The notes beneath the pieces are model-generated. The model was not told the origin of the DNA. It worked only from the letters and a program-made list of their open reading frames with translations, and made no database searches. DNA of 49,534 nt, taken from NCBI GenBank assembly GCA_963631065.1, contig CAVGPE010000052.1:1-49534 (forward strand). Reading direction: 5' to 3'. This DNA comes from Ruminococcus bicirculans (ex Wegman et al. 2014) (GTDB lineage Bacteria > Bacteroidota > Bacteroidia > Bacteroidales > UBA932). The position numbers and the translations under genes are program-made. Below, piece after piece: positions 29,510 through 40,134 of this stretch; within the stretch, counting starts at the first letter, position 1; each line of letters begins with the position of its first letter.

Positions 29510-30496
29510 TTATTCTTCACCCGACTGCTTGAATTTGGCGTATGCCCGCAGGAAAGTCGCGTGAGGAATCGCCGGGATGCCGAAATACGCCTGATCCGGC
29601 TTCCGTATATTCCCTATCACTCCTGATTTTGCGCCTATCTTTGTCCTGTCCGCAATCGTGACATGGCCCACAATCCCCACCTGTCCGGCAAGGATGCAGT
29701 TACCGCCTATCTTCGTCGAGCCGGCTATGCCGGTCTGGGCCGCTATCGCGGTATTCTTCCCGACCACCACATTGTGGGCTATCTGGCAGAGGTTGTCAAT
29801 CCGCACGCCGTCTCCGATGACAGTGGATTCCATCGGAGCCCTGTCGATGGTGGTATTGGAACCCACCTCCACGTCGTCCCCTATAATGACATTGCCCATA
29901 TGCTCTATCTTGCGCCAGCTTCCGTCGGGCTGAGGGGCGTTGCCGAATCCGTCATCCCCTATGATGCAGCCGGCGTGAAGTATCACCCTGTCCCCTATCA
30001 CCATTCCGGGGAAAATATGCACCCCGGGGTAGATTATGCAGTACGAGCCTATCCTGGTCCCCTCGCCTATGGTCACATTGTCATAGATCTTCGTACAGTC
30101 CCCTATCCTGCAGTCCTTCCCTATCGTGACAAAATCCCCCACGGACACCCTTTTGCCTATCTTCGCGCTCCAGGCTATGCGGCAGCGTCCGCGATGCCGG
30201 CGATATTTCTTCTTGTGGTCGGAGACATACTTGAGCAGCTCCGCAAGGGCGGTGTAGGCATTCTCCACTCTCACCAGAGTGGACGTCACCGGCTGTTTCG
30301 GCGTAAAGTCCGCATTTACCAGCAGGACGGAGGCCCTGCTGGAATATGCATATTGTTCGTACTTCAGATTGGCGAGAAAGCAAAGCTGCCCGGGCTTGCC
30401 GTGTTCGATTTTCGCGAATGATGAAACTTTTTCCTGAGGATTTCCTTCGACCGTCCCGTGAAGGATATCGGCAAGCTGTTTGGCTGTAAATTCCAT
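29510..30496 (-). CDS. lpxD: UDP-3-O-(3-hydroxyacyl)glucosamine N-acyltransferase
   Basis: [27 protein letters not shown], and hexapeptide repeats. Confidence 0.95.
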   Translation of the reverse strand: MEFTAKQLADILHGTVEGNPQEKVSSFAKIEHGKPGQLCFLANLKYEQYAYSSRASVLLVNADFTPKQPVTSTLVRVENAYTALAELLKYVSDHKKKYRRHRGRCRIAWSAKIGKRVSVGDFVTIGKDCRIGDCTKIYDNVTIGEGTRIGSYCIIYPGVHIFPGMVIGDRVILHAGCIIGDDGFGNAPQPDGSWRKIEHMGNVIIGDDVEVGSNTTIDRAPMESTVIGDGVRIDNLCQIAHNVVVGKNTAIAAQTGIAGSTKIGGNCILAGQVGIVGHVTIADRTKIGAKSGVIGNIRKPDQAYFGIPAIPHATFLRAYAKFKQSGEE

Positions 30497-30511
30497 AAAT
30501 TGATGAGACTC

Positions 30512-32230
30512 TTAGAAGCGCCAGCCGAAAGTCAGGGCCACGTTCCAGAGATTAGGTCTGTTTAATATCCGCGGAGACTTCACGTTCACAAGCGAGCCTG
30601 CCGCATTGTAGTTGTCGTAATCGTAATATGGCGAGAATGTCGCTTCCGGATATCTGGTCAGCTTCGCTCCCAGATCGGCGAAGAAGGAACCGGCGGACGA
30701 GTACCCCACGCCGAATGACAGCGAAACCGTCCTGTCCTTATAGTAGCTGGAGGACACCAGATTCTTCGCGTGACTGTTGTAGGTGTCGAACTCGCGCAGA
30801 TACCGGTCGGCGGTGACATCCTGTCCCTCGCTGTCGAGCCAGTGGCGCTCAGGAGAGCTGAGAACCGAGCCGCCCGCACGCAGGGAGAACGCCGGCGAGA
30901 GTTTCATCTCCGCCCCTATTCTCAGGGCGTGGGAGAGTCCGGCGAAATTTCTGTTGGTTTCGTTGAGGTCGAGATATCTGTCGCCGGACATATAGTCGGA
31001 GTCCGGGTCCGAGAAGCGCATCACGCTGTAGTCGGTCAGCTCATAATCCACGCTGACGAAACCGTACTGGCCGAAAGTGTAGGCCAGACCGAGATTGGCG
31101 ACATACGGGGACTTGAGATAATATGTATACTCTCCTGTCGGAGAAGTCTGACTGTCATTGAAATAGGAATCATCGAAACTCGTAGAGGCCCCGTAGCGCC
31201 ATTTCTCCGTGATGGTGTAGGCCGTCGGAGTCTGTATGGCCGCGCCTATGCGCAGTCCCGTCACCGGAACGGCGATGAAGCCTATCTTGGCATAGATGCC
31301 GTCTATGTCGGCGGTATAGTTATATGTATAGGTGCTGCTCCTGAAATAAGTCGTGGACTCATCCCCGTTATCCAGAATGAAGGACACGGGGAACATATCC
31401 GGATTGACGGCCGCCTCATAGAAAGCTTCGGAGTATCTGTAGCTCGCGGTCGGCGTGCCGAGATTGACGCCGAAGAAGAAGCGGTCGGAGATATTTGCCC
31501 CGAAGTTGAACACGAGGTCGTTCTTGCGTCCCTCCTTCGTCACCGATGAAGTCTGTGAAAGTTCCCCCGGCACAAAATGGTATCCCCCGTCGTAATCCAG
31601 GCCCTCGGTCACTCCGACATATTTCCCGTCCCGTCCGTAAGAGCTGAACATACCGCTCTGGTATGCTGTAAGGATATCCCAGGAGACGGAACTGCTGTTA
31701 TAGGAGTTGTAATTGGCCAGCACGCTCTCCGCTATCCCCTCGGCGGAGGCCGCGAACTCTGCTATCTTGGAGGTCATTGAGTTAGTGCCGAACGCGGAGG
31801 CCGAATAGTTGTACTGCACGGTCTGGTTGGACACCACGGCGAAAGTGAATGACTTAAGTCCGCTGCGGCTGCCGGTGTTCATCACCATCGAGATACCGAG
31901 ATTGGGGAGATTGAGCTGCGAGCGGGACGTATTGCCGAACGCGCCGAAACGGGCGTCGCCCTCCGGCGAATATGCCGAAGATACTGAAGATATGGCCAGC
32001 CCCGGAGTGACCGTCAGCTGTCCGTAGTTGGCCACCGCCGAACCGGCAGGATTGATGCCTATCGTACCGAGATCCCCGCCTATGGCGGTGACCGCATTGC
32101 TCAGCGCCATCGTGCGTGCCGTTCCGAGATAGTCGTTACGGCTGAAGTTGATGGCATCGTACATATTCTGCGCGCCGGCGAAAGTCACGGATGCGACAAG
32201 CGCAACGGCGAAGGATATCGTTTTCTTCAT
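30512..32230 (-). CDS. FadL/OmpP1-like outer membrane beta-barrel protein
   Basis: Signal peptide, GTARTMALSNAVTAIGGDLGTIGINPAG, and C-terminal LTFGWRF. Confidence 0.82.
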   Translation of the reverse strand: MKKTISFAVALVASVTFAGAQNMYDAINFSRNDYLGTARTMALSNAVTAIGGDLGTIGINPAGSAVANYGQLTVTPGLAISSVSSAYSPEGDARFGAFGNTSRSQLNLPNLGISMVMNTGSRSGLKSFTFAVVSNQTVQYNYSASAFGTNSMTSKIAEFAASAEGIAESVLANYNSYNSSSVSWDILTAYQSGMFSSYGRDGKYVGVTEGLDYDGGYHFVPGELSQTSSVTKEGRKNDLVFNFGANISDRFFFGVNLGTPTASYRYSEAFYEAAVNPDMFPVSFILDNGDESTTYFRSSTYTYNYTADIDGIYAKIGFIAVPVTGLRIGAAIQTPTAYTITEKWRYGASTSFDDSYFNDSQTSPTGEYTYYLKSPYVANLGLAYTFGQYGFVSVDYELTDYSVMRFSDPDSDYMSGDRYLDLNETNRNFAGLSHALRIGAEMKLSPAFSLRAGGSVLSSPERHWLDSEGQDVTADRYLREFDTYNSHAKNLVSSSYYKDRTVSLSFGVGYSSAGSFFADLGAKLTRYPEATFSPYYDYDNYNAAGSLVNVKSPRILNRPNLWNVALTFGWRF

Positions 32231-32254
32231 ACTGTTTCCCATTTGATGTAAAGA

Positions 32255-33301
32255 CTACCTGCGTCCGCCTCCGCGGCTGCTCCCGCCGCCTCCGCCGCCG
32301 CTGCGCGACGAACTGCCTCCTCCGTAGCTCCTGGAAGAGGAAGAACCGCCGGAATAGCTTGACCCGCTGCTGCGGCTGTAGCTGCTCGAACTGCTCGAAC
32401 TTGAGCTGCTGCGGCTGTAGATGCTTGAGTTGCTTGAACTTGAACTTGAACTTGAACTTGAACTTGAGCTGCGGCTGTAGCTGCCTGAACCGCTTGAGCT
32501 GCCGGAGGATTCGTTACGGCTGCCGTAGCTGCGCGAATAGTTGTATCCGCTGCCGGAATTGACTCCCGTGCGTCCGGAAGCAGAAGAAGATGATGTGGAC
32601 CTGTTCACCGCACCGTTGCCGCCGGAAACGGAGCGCCTGTTGTTCAGAACTGCGGATCCGGACGAGCCGTAGCTGCCGCCGCTGACTCCCGGCCTGTAAT
32701 TGTAGCCGCTTCCGCCGCCCCTGTTGCCCTGCGTCCCGCCGTCCTGGGTATATCTGCGCTCGCCGTAGTAGTGCCTTCCGTCAGGAGAAAGTCCCGGCTT
32801 CGGAGGTGCGGGATTCCAATGCCAGCCGTAGTGGTGGTGATGATAGCCCGGACCGTACCAAGGGTCGTAACGCCAAGGGTCATAATACCACGGATCGTAA
32901 TGCCAAGGGTCGTAGTACCAAGGGCTGTATCCCCAATGTCTGCCGTAAGAATACCACGGGTCATAATGCCACCAGTGCCGACTCCAGCCCCAACTCCAGC
33001 TCCATCCGTACCTCCAGGCCCAGTCGGAATACCAGTTGTCATAAAGGCTTGAGTACGCGGTGCCGGTATCGTCCCTCAGCACCACGTACACCGTATCCGC
33101 GACCTGCTTGTCGCGGGCGATATTCTGCGCGGCCATAGCCGCGAAATCATCCTTGGAATACAGCCGCACCGGCATCGACGCCGGTTCTACACGCACATAT
33201 ATGCCGTCCGGATACCGCTGCTGCCCGGAATACCACGCAGCCGGCCCGCACGAAGCGAGAGCAAAAAGAAGAGGCAGTAAAAGCGCCAGAATCCGTTTCA
33301 T
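32255..33301 (-). CDS. Lipoprotein with W/Y/D/P repeats and a Gly/Ser low-complexity tail
   Basis: Lipobox FALASC, DGIY motif, (YDPWx)n repeats and an S/G-rich C-terminus. Confidence 0.8.
   Translation of the reverse strand: MKRILALLLPLLFALASCGPAAWYSGQQRYPDGIYVRVEPASMPVRLYSKDDFAAMAAQNIARDKQVADTVYVVLRDDTGTAYSSLYDNWYSDWAWRYGWSWSWGWSRHWWHYDPWYSYGRHWGYSPWYYDPWHYDPWYYDPWRYDPWYGPGYHHHHYGWHWNPAPPKPGLSPDGRHYYGERRYTQDGGTQGNRGGGSGYNYRPGVSGGSYGSSGSAVLNNRRSVSGGNGAVNRSTSSSSASGRTGVNSGSGYNYSRSYGSRNESSGSSSGSGSYSRSSSSSSSSSSSSSNSSIYSRSSSSSSSSSSYSRSSGSSYSGGSSSSRSYGGGSSSRSGGGGGGSSRGGGRR
32433..32462. repeat. (CTTGAA)5 hexanucleotide repeat encoding poly-Ser
   Basis: Read directly from the sequence. It is in frame within the lipoprotein tail. 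Confidence 0.85.
32856..32929. repeat. 15-bp period repeat encoding (Y-D/S-P-W-x)5
   Basis: ccaagggtcgta-like units every 15 bp. Confidence 0.8.
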
Positions 33302-33422
33302 ATTACAGTCCCCCGTTAATCATATAAAATTTGTATCTTTGCGTCGGCAAAGACTCGGGCTCACTCCCGATTCTGTATATAGATGCAAATTTCGGAAAAA
33401 AACGCAGATTTTCAACAGGAAT

Positions 33423-34901
33423 ATGGCAAAAGAGGTTACCAAACGGTCTGAGAATTATTCTCAATGGTACAATGATCTGGTGCTGAAGGCAGATCTGGCG
33501 GAGCAGTCCGCCGTGAGAGGATGTATGGTCATCAAGCCATACGGTTACGCAATCTGGGAGAAGATGCAGAGCGCCCTCGACGGGAGATTCAAGAAGACGG
33601 GCGTGCAGAACGCCTACTTCCCGCTCTTCATCCCGAAGTCGTTCTTCAGCCGCGAGGCCGAACACGTGGCCGGATTCGCCAAAGAATGCGCGGTTGTCAC
33701 CCATCACCGCCTGAAGAACGACCCCGACGGCAATGGAGTCGTGGTTGACCCGGACGCGAAGCTGGAAGAGGAGCTGATTGTCCGCCCGACCTCCGAGACC
33801 ATCATCTGGAGCACTTATAAAAATTGGATTACCTCCTGGAGAGACCTCCCGGTACTCTGCAACCAATGGTGCAACGTGGTGCGTTGGGAGATGCGCACGA
33901 GACTCTTCCTCCGCACCGCCGAATTCCTCTGGCAGGAGGGACACACGGCCCACGCGACCTCCGAAGAGGCGCAGGCCAAGGCTATGGAGATGGTCGGCGT
34001 CTATGCGGACTTCGCGCGCAACGTACTGGCCCTGCCGGTGATAGTGGGACACAAGAGTCCCAACGAAAGGTTCGCCGGAGCGCTCGACACCCTCACGATA
34101 GAGGCTATGATGCAGGACGGCAAGGCCCTGCAGGCCGGCACCTCACACTTTCTGGGACAGAACTTCGCCAAGTCGTTCGACGTGCAGTTCACCAACAGGG
34201 AGGGCAGACAGGAATATGTCTGGGCCACATCCTGGGGAGCCAGCACCAGACTTATGGGAGCCCTCGTGATGGCGCACGGAGATGACAACGGACTCGTGCT
34301 GCCTCCGAAACTCGCTCCTATACAGGTGGTGACGGTCCCTATATACAAGACCGACGGAGAGCGTGCGGAAATCCTCGCCAAGATGGAAGAGCTGCGGGAC
34401 GCCCTCGGCGCTCTGGGCATCAGCTGCCGCATAGATGACCGCGACACGCTGCGTCCGGGATTCAAATTCGCGGAATGGGAGCTCAAGGGAGTGCCTGTAC
34501 GCATCGCGATGGGCGCAAGGGATCTCGCGTCCGGCACCGTCGAAGTGGCCCGCCGCGACACGCTCACCAAGGAGACTATGGCCTTCGACGGCATCGCCGC
34601 GCATATCTCCGGACTGTTGGACGACATACAGGACAACATCTACAGAAAGGCCCTCGCGTTCCGCGACTCGCGCATGGAGAAGTGCGACAGCTGGGACGAG
34701 TTCAGGGAGAAGATTCAGACCGGGAAGTTCCTGCTCTGCCACTGGGACGGCACAGCCGAGACCGAGCAGGCCATCAAGGACGCGACCAAGGCCACCATCA
34801 GGTGCATCCCTATCGACAGCTGCGTCTGCGAAGAGGAAGGCAGGGACATATTCTCCGGAAAGCCTTCTCACAGAAGAGTGGTGTTTGCGATTTCATATTA
34901 A
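33423..34901 (+). CDS. proS: Proline-tRNA ligase (eukaryote/archaea-like type)
   Basis: [39 protein letters not shown], and a C-terminal Tyr. Start at MAKEVT. Confidence 0.96.
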   Translation: MAKEVTKRSENYSQWYNDLVLKADLAEQSAVRGCMVIKPYGYAIWEKMQSALDGRFKKTGVQNAYFPLFIPKSFFSREAEHVAGFAKECAVVTHHRLKNDPDGNGVVVDPDAKLEEELIVRPTSETIIWSTYKNWITSWRDLPVLCNQWCNVVRWEMRTRLFLRTAEFLWQEGHTAHATSEEAQAKAMEMVGVYADFARNVLALPVIVGHKSPNERFAGALDTLTIEAMMQDGKALQAGTSHFLGQNFAKSFDVQFTNREGRQEYVWATSWGASTRLMGALVMAHGDDNGLVLPPKLAPIQVVTVPIYKTDGERAEILAKMEELRDALGALGISCRIDDRDTLRPGFKFAEWELKGVPVRIAMGARDLASGTVEVARRDTLTKETMAFDGIAAHISGLLDDIQDNIYRKALAFRDSRMEKCDSWDEFREKIQTGKFLLCHWDGTAETEQAIKDATKATIRCIPIDSCVCEEEGRDIFSGKPSHRRVVFAISY

Positions 34902-34916
34902 TCAAACCGTCTTGTT

Positions 34917-35924
34917 ATGAAACGGATACTTATATTCTCACTCGCCCTTCTCTGCGGCCAGTCTCTTATGCTGGCGCAGGACGATGAACTTCAGAAAGCG
35001 ATGGCGGCGGCGACGGCGGCGATGCAGGAGGCCCCGGCGTCCAAGGCCGCCGAGGAGAAGCCGCAGTACTGGAAAAGTTCTATGCAGTTCGACCTCGGCA
35101 CCAGCAACACCAGCTTGTGGAACTGGGCTGCCGGAGGCTACAACACCCTGACACTCAGCCTCGGAGTTGATGCCAACGCCAACTACTCCAAGGGGCTTGT
35201 CAGCTGGAACAACCGTCTTCAGCTCAAATACGGCTTCCTCTGGTCTCAGGACAAGGAGGACCTTCTCCAGAAAAGCAACGACCTCATCAAGCTCGAAAGC
35301 CGACTGGGATACAAGATATTCAAGGACAGCGACTGGAACTACACCGCATCGTTCGACTTCCGTTCACAGTTCACCGACAGCTACGACTCCTACAAGCAGG
35401 ATGCGGAGACGGGGAAGTGGAACGGCACGCTCAAGTCCGGATTCCTCTCCCCGGCCTACACCACGGTCGCATTCGGTATGGAGTGGACTCCGACCGACTG
35501 GTTCAATGTCAACATAGCCCCGATTACGGGAGGATTCACCATCTGCACGGAGCCGAGCCTCAGGAAGACATACGGAATGAAGCTGACCTCTCCGGAACTC
35601 GACCCTGCGGTCGGAGACAATTATTACAGCCGTCTCTTCCAGTTCGGAGCCCAGGTGAAGGTCAACTTCAGGACATCCGTCAACGACAACTTCAAATACG
35701 AGACCCAGCTGGTGCTTTTCACCGACTACCTCAACACCCCGTTCCGGCACAACCGCGTGAACTGGGACAACAAGTTCTCCTGGCAGGTCGCAAAATATTT
35801 CAGCATAGGACTCAACACCTGGCTCATCTACGACCCGGTCGTGATGATTGACGGCAGGGAGAGGATACAGCTCAAGGAATTCTTCTCAATCAACTTCACC
35901 TACCTGATCAGCAACAAGCGATGA
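34917..35924 (+). CDS. DUF3078-family outer membrane protein
   Basis: Signal peptide, NWAAGG, WNNRLQLKYG, FRSQF, FLSPAY. Confidence 0.82.
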   Translation: MKRILIFSLALLCGQSLMLAQDDELQKAMAAATAAMQEAPASKAAEEKPQYWKSSMQFDLGTSNTSLWNWAAGGYNTLTLSLGVDANANYSKGLVSWNNRLQLKYGFLWSQDKEDLLQKSNDLIKLESRLGYKIFKDSDWNYTASFDFRSQFTDSYDSYKQDAETGKWNGTLKSGFLSPAYTTVAFGMEWTPTDWFNVNIAPITGGFTICTEPSLRKTYGMKLTSPELDPAVGDNYYSRLFQFGAQVKVNFRTSVNDNFKYETQLVLFTDYLNTPFRHNRVNWDNKFSWQVAKYFSIGLNTWLIYDPVVMIDGRERIQLKEFFSINFTYLISNKR

Positions 35925-37153
35925 AAAGCATCCTTCTCGCAGTCAGCGGAGGCATAGATTCGATGTATATGGCAAACAGGGCTCCGGAACTTTTTCCCGG
36001 GGCCCGTATTGCCGTAGCCCACTGCAACTTCCGTCTTCGCGGCGAAGAATCCAACGCTGACGCGGAGTTCGTGGAGGAATGGTGCCGCAGACGCGGGACG
36101 GAATATTTCGTCAAATGTTTTGACACCCGTGAATACGCCCTTCGCAAAGGCGTCAGCATCGAGATGGCGGCACGGGAGCTGCGCTACGGATGGTTCGGGC
36201 AGCTGTGCCGCGAGCGGGGTTTCGATGCCGTAGCCGTGGCCCACAATGCGGACGACAATGCGGAGACGCTGATGCTCAACCTTCTGAGAGGTACTGGGCT
36301 CAAGGGAATCCGGGGAATGGGAGACCGTCCGGGGGTGGTGCGCCCGCTGCTCGGAACCGAAAGGGCGGAAATCAAGTGCTGGATGGAAGAACACGGCTGC
36401 TCCTGGCGCGAGGACAGGACCAATTACGAAAACGGATACAGGCGCAACCGCATACGCAACGAGGTATTCCCTATCTTCCGGCAGATCAATCCGTCGTTCG
36501 TGCGCACCCTCAACGAGGATATGTCCAGATTCGCGCAGGCGGACGACATAGCCGAAGACTACTTCTCTCAGGCGCGGGAAAGAGTCCTGAACGAAGACGG
36601 CAGCATCCGCATAGCCGGACTCAGGGAACTCAAGCACTGGGAATATATGCTGTGGAGGCTGCTCGAAGACAGCGGCATAGGGAGACGGGAGTTCGACTCG
36701 CTCCGCGACGCGATACGCTGCGGCAGACAGCTGGGCGGCAAACGCTTCGGCCCGGTGGACGCGACATCGTCCAGCCTGCTGCTCCGCCGGGAAAGACCGC
36801 GCAGGGAACTCCGCTGCGAAATCCTCTCCCGCGAAGAAATCGGAGAACTCAGGCAGCCGGAGGGGGTAATCATAGCGGACTTCGCAAAGATCGAATTCCC
36901 CCTGAAGCTGCGCGGGTGGAGGCCCGGGGACTGGATGTGTCCACTGGGGATGGGAGGCCGCAGAAAGAAGCTCTCGGACATATTCACCGACCTCGGATGG
37001 TCCGCTGCGGACAAGGAAGAGGCGGAAGTGATAGAACTCGACGGACAGCATGTGGCGGCGCTGCTCTGCTGCCGTATCGATGAGGCGGTGAAGGTGGGGG
37101 AAGACTGCGGGAAGGTGGTGCGCCTGAGCTACCGTCCGGTTTCGTCGATATAG
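35921..37153 (+). CDS. tilS: tRNA(Ile)-lysidine synthase
   Basis: AVSGGIDS, HCNFRLRG, ARELRY, AHNADDNAET, RPLL, RNRIR. Confidence 0.94.
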   Translation: MKSILLAVSGGIDSMYMANRAPELFPGARIAVAHCNFRLRGEESNADAEFVEEWCRRRGTEYFVKCFDTREYALRKGVSIEMAARELRYGWFGQLCRERGFDAVAVAHNADDNAETLMLNLLRGTGLKGIRGMGDRPGVVRPLLGTERAEIKCWMEEHGCSWREDRTNYENGYRRNRIRNEVFPIFRQINPSFVRTLNEDMSRFAQADDIAEDYFSQARERVLNEDGSIRIAGLRELKHWEYMLWRLLEDSGIGRREFDSLRDAIRCGRQLGGKRFGPVDATSSSLLLRRERPRRELRCEILSREEIGELRQPEGVIIADFAKIEFPLKLRGWRPGDWMCPLGMGGRRKKLSDIFTDLGWSAADKEEAEVIELDGQHVAALLCCRIDEAVKVGEDCGKVVRLSYRPVSSI

Positions 37154-37461
37154 ACATCGTCACCCGGAGCCGCGAAGAAGTAGGTCTCCCTCGCATACCT
37201 CTCAAGCGAATCCCTGTTGCCGGTCAGGTCGGAAATCTGTCTGTCGAGTCCGGCGTTCCTCCGCTCAAGCTGTTCTATCTGGCGGCGCTGCGCCCCGAGT
37301 GTGAATCCGGCATTGATCCATGTGATGACATTGTCCTTCTTGACAAGCATAAAAACGGCAAACAGGGCGGTGGCGACTATGGCGTAGCGCAGGAAGCTGC
37401 GCTGCTCCCTCCTGCCGCCATCCTTGCCGCGGTCCCATAAATCTTTGCCTATACCCGACAT
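37129..37461 (-). CDS. Septum formation initiator (FtsB/DivIC-like)
   Basis: TM helix plus coiled coil, ending LERYARETYFFAAPGDDVY. Confidence 0.8.
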   Translation of the reverse strand: MSGIGKDLWDRGKDGGRREQRSFLRYAIVATALFAVFMLVKKDNVITWINAGFTLGAQRRQIEQLERRNAGLDRQISDLTGNRDSLERYARETYFFAAPGDDVYIDETGR

Positions 37462-37524
37462 CGTTAAACTTTTTCACGCAAAAATAATTAAATTTGTGGA
37501 ACAATAACTATTAACATTTCTATT

Positions 37525-38457
37525 ATGAAACCTGCACTTTTGGTCCTCGCCGCCGGTATGGGCAGCCGCTATGGAGGCCTGAAACAGATGGACGGTCTCG
37601 GCCCCGACGGGGAGACCATCATCGACTATTCAATCTACGATGCGGTACACGCCGGATTCGGCAAGGTGGTATATGTCGTGAGGGAGTATTTCCTCGATGT
37701 CTTCAAGGAGACGGTCAAGAAAAAATACAGCTCAGTGAAATGTCCCGACGGCACTCCGCTGGAGTTCGTCTTCGTGACCCAGGAGCTGGACCGGATTCCG
37801 GAAGGCTTCAGCCTCAATCCTGAGCGGCAGAAGCCGTGGGGGACGGCACACGCGGTGCTGATGGCCAAGGATGTCATCAGGGAGCCGTTTCTCGTGATTA
37901 ACGGCGATGACTTCTACGGAAGGGAATCATTCGTCAAGGCGGCGGAATGGTGCCGTGCACACGCCGACAGCAAGGGGGTCTATGCCATCATAGGATTCGA
38001 GCTCGACCACACCCTCAGCGAATCGGGAGGCGTGTCCAGAGGCATCTGCCACTACGACGGGGCTATGCATCTGACCGACGTGGTGGAACACCTCAATATA
38101 ATAAAGGACTCCGACGGTCTTGTCAGCGGGGACAACTCCTGCACGGGCGAGCATACGGAACTTCGCGGGAAGGACCTCTGTTCTATGAACATGTGGGGCT
38201 TCACCCCGGATTTCTTCCCGAAGGCGGAAGCGATATTCAGGGATTTCCTCCGGGACAACGCGCAGGAACTCAAGAAGGAGTTCTACATACCGTATGCCGT
38301 GGACGTAATGATAAAGGGCGGCGAAGCCGAGTGCGAGGTGCTCTCCACTCCGTCCCGCTGGTTCGGCGTAACCTACAAGGAGGACAGGCCGGCGGTGGTG
38401 GCGAAGTTCGCCGAGCTTGCCCGCGAAGGAGTGTATCCAAGTCCGTTATACAGATAA
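37525..38457 (+). CDS. Nucleotidyltransferase (NTP_transferase family)
   Basis: LAAGMGSRYGGLKQ, KPWGTAHA, INGDDFYG, WFGVTY. Confidence 0.9.
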   Translation: MKPALLVLAAGMGSRYGGLKQMDGLGPDGETIIDYSIYDAVHAGFGKVVYVVREYFLDVFKETVKKKYSSVKCPDGTPLEFVFVTQELDRIPEGFSLNPERQKPWGTAHAVLMAKDVIREPFLVINGDDFYGRESFVKAAEWCRAHADSKGVYAIIGFELDHTLSESGGVSRGICHYDGAMHLTDVVEHLNIIKDSDGLVSGDNSCTGEHTELRGKDLCSMNMWGFTPDFFPKAEAIFRDFLRDNAQELKKEFYIPYAVDVMIKGGEAECEVLSTPSRWFGVTYKEDRPAVVAKFAELAREGVYPSPLYR

Positions 38458-38460
38458 TCT

Positions 38461-39345
38461 ATGCACAAGGTAAGGAACTACAGGTTCTTCGACAATTACT
38501 CCTGGTATGTGCCGGGGGTGAAGGAGATGTTCGTCCTCATAGCGATGCTCCTGCTCGGCACGGTGCTGGGCAATATCGCCACAATCGCGTTCGCGGCGGC
38601 GTTTTCCGCTGAAGCGTCATCGGAATATGCGATGATTATCGCCTATCCGCTGATGTTCATCCCCGCTATGATTTACGCCTATGCCAAAAGCCGCGCCGGA
38701 AGTTTCACCGGAGAGGGACTGAAGATGGACAGCGGGCATTTCAGCCCGCCGGGGGGACTGTCGTGCGCCGTCTCTGCAGTCCTATCGACGCTGGCTCTGT
38801 CGTTCTGCGCCGACGCCTTCAACGGACTGCTCCCCCCGATGCCGGAGTGGCTTGAGAGTATGCTCAAAGGTATGACTCAGGGTAACCTGCTCGTGAACTT
38901 CCTGTGCGTCAGCATATTCGCTCCCTTCTTCGAGGAGTGGCTGTGCCGGGGCATGGTGCTGCGTGGGCTGCTCGGCAGAGGGATGAAGCCCGGTTGGGCG
39001 ATAGCGGTGTCGGCCCTGTTTTTCGCCGTCATCCACGCCAATCCGTGGCAGGCCGTGCCGGCGCTGCTGCTCGGCGGCCTCTTCGGCTATGTATATTATA
39101 GGACTGGTTCGCTGAGGCTGACGATGCTGATGCACTTCACCAACAACACTTTCGCCCTCGTGATGTCCAATGTCGACGCCCTCAGGGACGCGGACAGCTG
39201 GACGGAGGTGTTCACCGGAGGCAGCTACTGTATTGTATTCGCCGCCTGCCTGATTCTGCTTGCGCTGATAATCCTGCGCTACAGGACCATCCCGGTCAGC
39301 GGGAACTGCAACTGCGACAGAGTCCCGTCCATCTTCGAAGACTGA
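38461..39345 (+). CDS. CPBP (CAAX/Abi) intramembrane metalloprotease
   Basis: APFFEEWLCRG, FAVIH, HFTNN and multiple TM helices. Confidence 0.9.
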   Translation: MHKVRNYRFFDNYSWYVPGVKEMFVLIAMLLLGTVLGNIATIAFAAAFSAEASSEYAMIIAYPLMFIPAMIYAYAKSRAGSFTGEGLKMDSGHFSPPGGLSCAVSAVLSTLALSFCADAFNGLLPPMPEWLESMLKGMTQGNLLVNFLCVSIFAPFFEEWLCRGMVLRGLLGRGMKPGWAIAVSALFFAVIHANPWQAVPALLLGGLFGYVYYRTGSLRLTMLMHFTNNTFALVMSNVDALRDADSWTEVFTGGSYCIVFAACLILLALIILRYRTIPVSGNCNCDRVPSIFED

Positions 39346-39360
39346 GAAGACAGATTTTTT

Positions 39361-40092
39361 TCATTGTAGCCCGGCAGTCCGCCGGGCTTTTTTGATGTCG
39401 TGGACGCGGAGGATGTCCGCACCCCGGGAGATGGCGATGCGATGGGCCTTCTCGGTGTCGCCGCCGGTGAAGCGCTTGTCCGCGGCTCCTATCAGAATCG
39501 GTCTTCCGAACACGCGCAGCGCTTCCAGACCCTCAAGTATCTCCCAGTTCTGCTCCGCCGTCTTGGCGAAGCCCAGTCCGGGGTCGAGAATCCAGTCGTT
39601 GATATGATATTCCGCCGCCCGGTGTCCGAATTCTTCGAAATACTCTTTCAGTGCCGGGATGACCCCTTCCGGGTAGCTGCACTGTGAATCCATCGTCCGG
39701 GGGTTGCCCCTCTTGTGCATTGCGATGTACCTCAGTCCGAGTTTCCCTACCGTCGGGAGCATCTCCGGGTCGTCCTCCCCCGCCGATATGTCGTTGACGG
39801 TGAACCGTCCGAAAGTCTCGAACGCCCTGCGGACAATCAGGGCGCTGGTGGTGTCTATGGAAATGTCCAGTCCCGGGTCAAGCTTCTCAAGCACGGGGGC
39901 GAGCCGTCCCCACTCCTGCTCCTCGCTCACTGCAGCGGCTCCGGGACGGGTGGACACCGCGCCGATGTCTATGATGTCCGCTCCGTCGGCAATCATCTTC
40001 TCTATGCGCTGCGGCGCCTCTTCCGGCAGCGTCCTGCTGTCCGCCCAGAACGAATCCGGTGTCAGATTCACTATTCCCATTATTTTTACCAT
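39361..40092 (-). CDS. folP: Dihydropteroate synthase
   Basis: MGIVNLTPDSF, DIGAVSTRPG, SIDT, NDIS, DPGLGFAK, ILRVHD. Confidence 0.93.
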   Translation of the reverse strand: MVKIMGIVNLTPDSFWADSRTLPEEAPQRIEKMIADGADIIDIGAVSTRPGAAAVSEEQEWGRLAPVLEKLDPGLDISIDTTSALIVRRAFETFGRFTVNDISAGEDDPEMLPTVGKLGLRYIAMHKRGNPRTMDSQCSYPEGVIPALKEYFEEFGHRAAEYHINDWILDPGLGFAKTAEQNWEILEGLEALRVFGRPILIGAADKRFTGGDTEKAHRIAISRGADILRVHDIKKARRTAGLQ

Positions 40093-40134
40093 AGTGCGAA
40101 GATAATATTTAATGGTATTTCTTGTATCTTCGCC
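40085..40134. repeat. 50-bp inverted repeat arm A1 (folP start plus divergent promoter), partner at 49401-49450
   Basis: 45/50 identical to the reverse complement of 49401-49450. Confidence 0.9.

Noticed and set aside
32856..32966. 15-bp periodic repeats as a possible CRISPR array
   Set aside because: In-frame coding repeats (YDPW) with no unique spacers and no cas genes in the window.
33060..33422. N-terminal extensions called for proS, and likewise for PMM (7440), glpK (20557), lpxC (29520), doxX (44673) and Dabb (49487)
   Set aside because: The extensions overlap neighbouring genes or promoter boxes. Family-typical sequence begins at the downstream ATGs used here.
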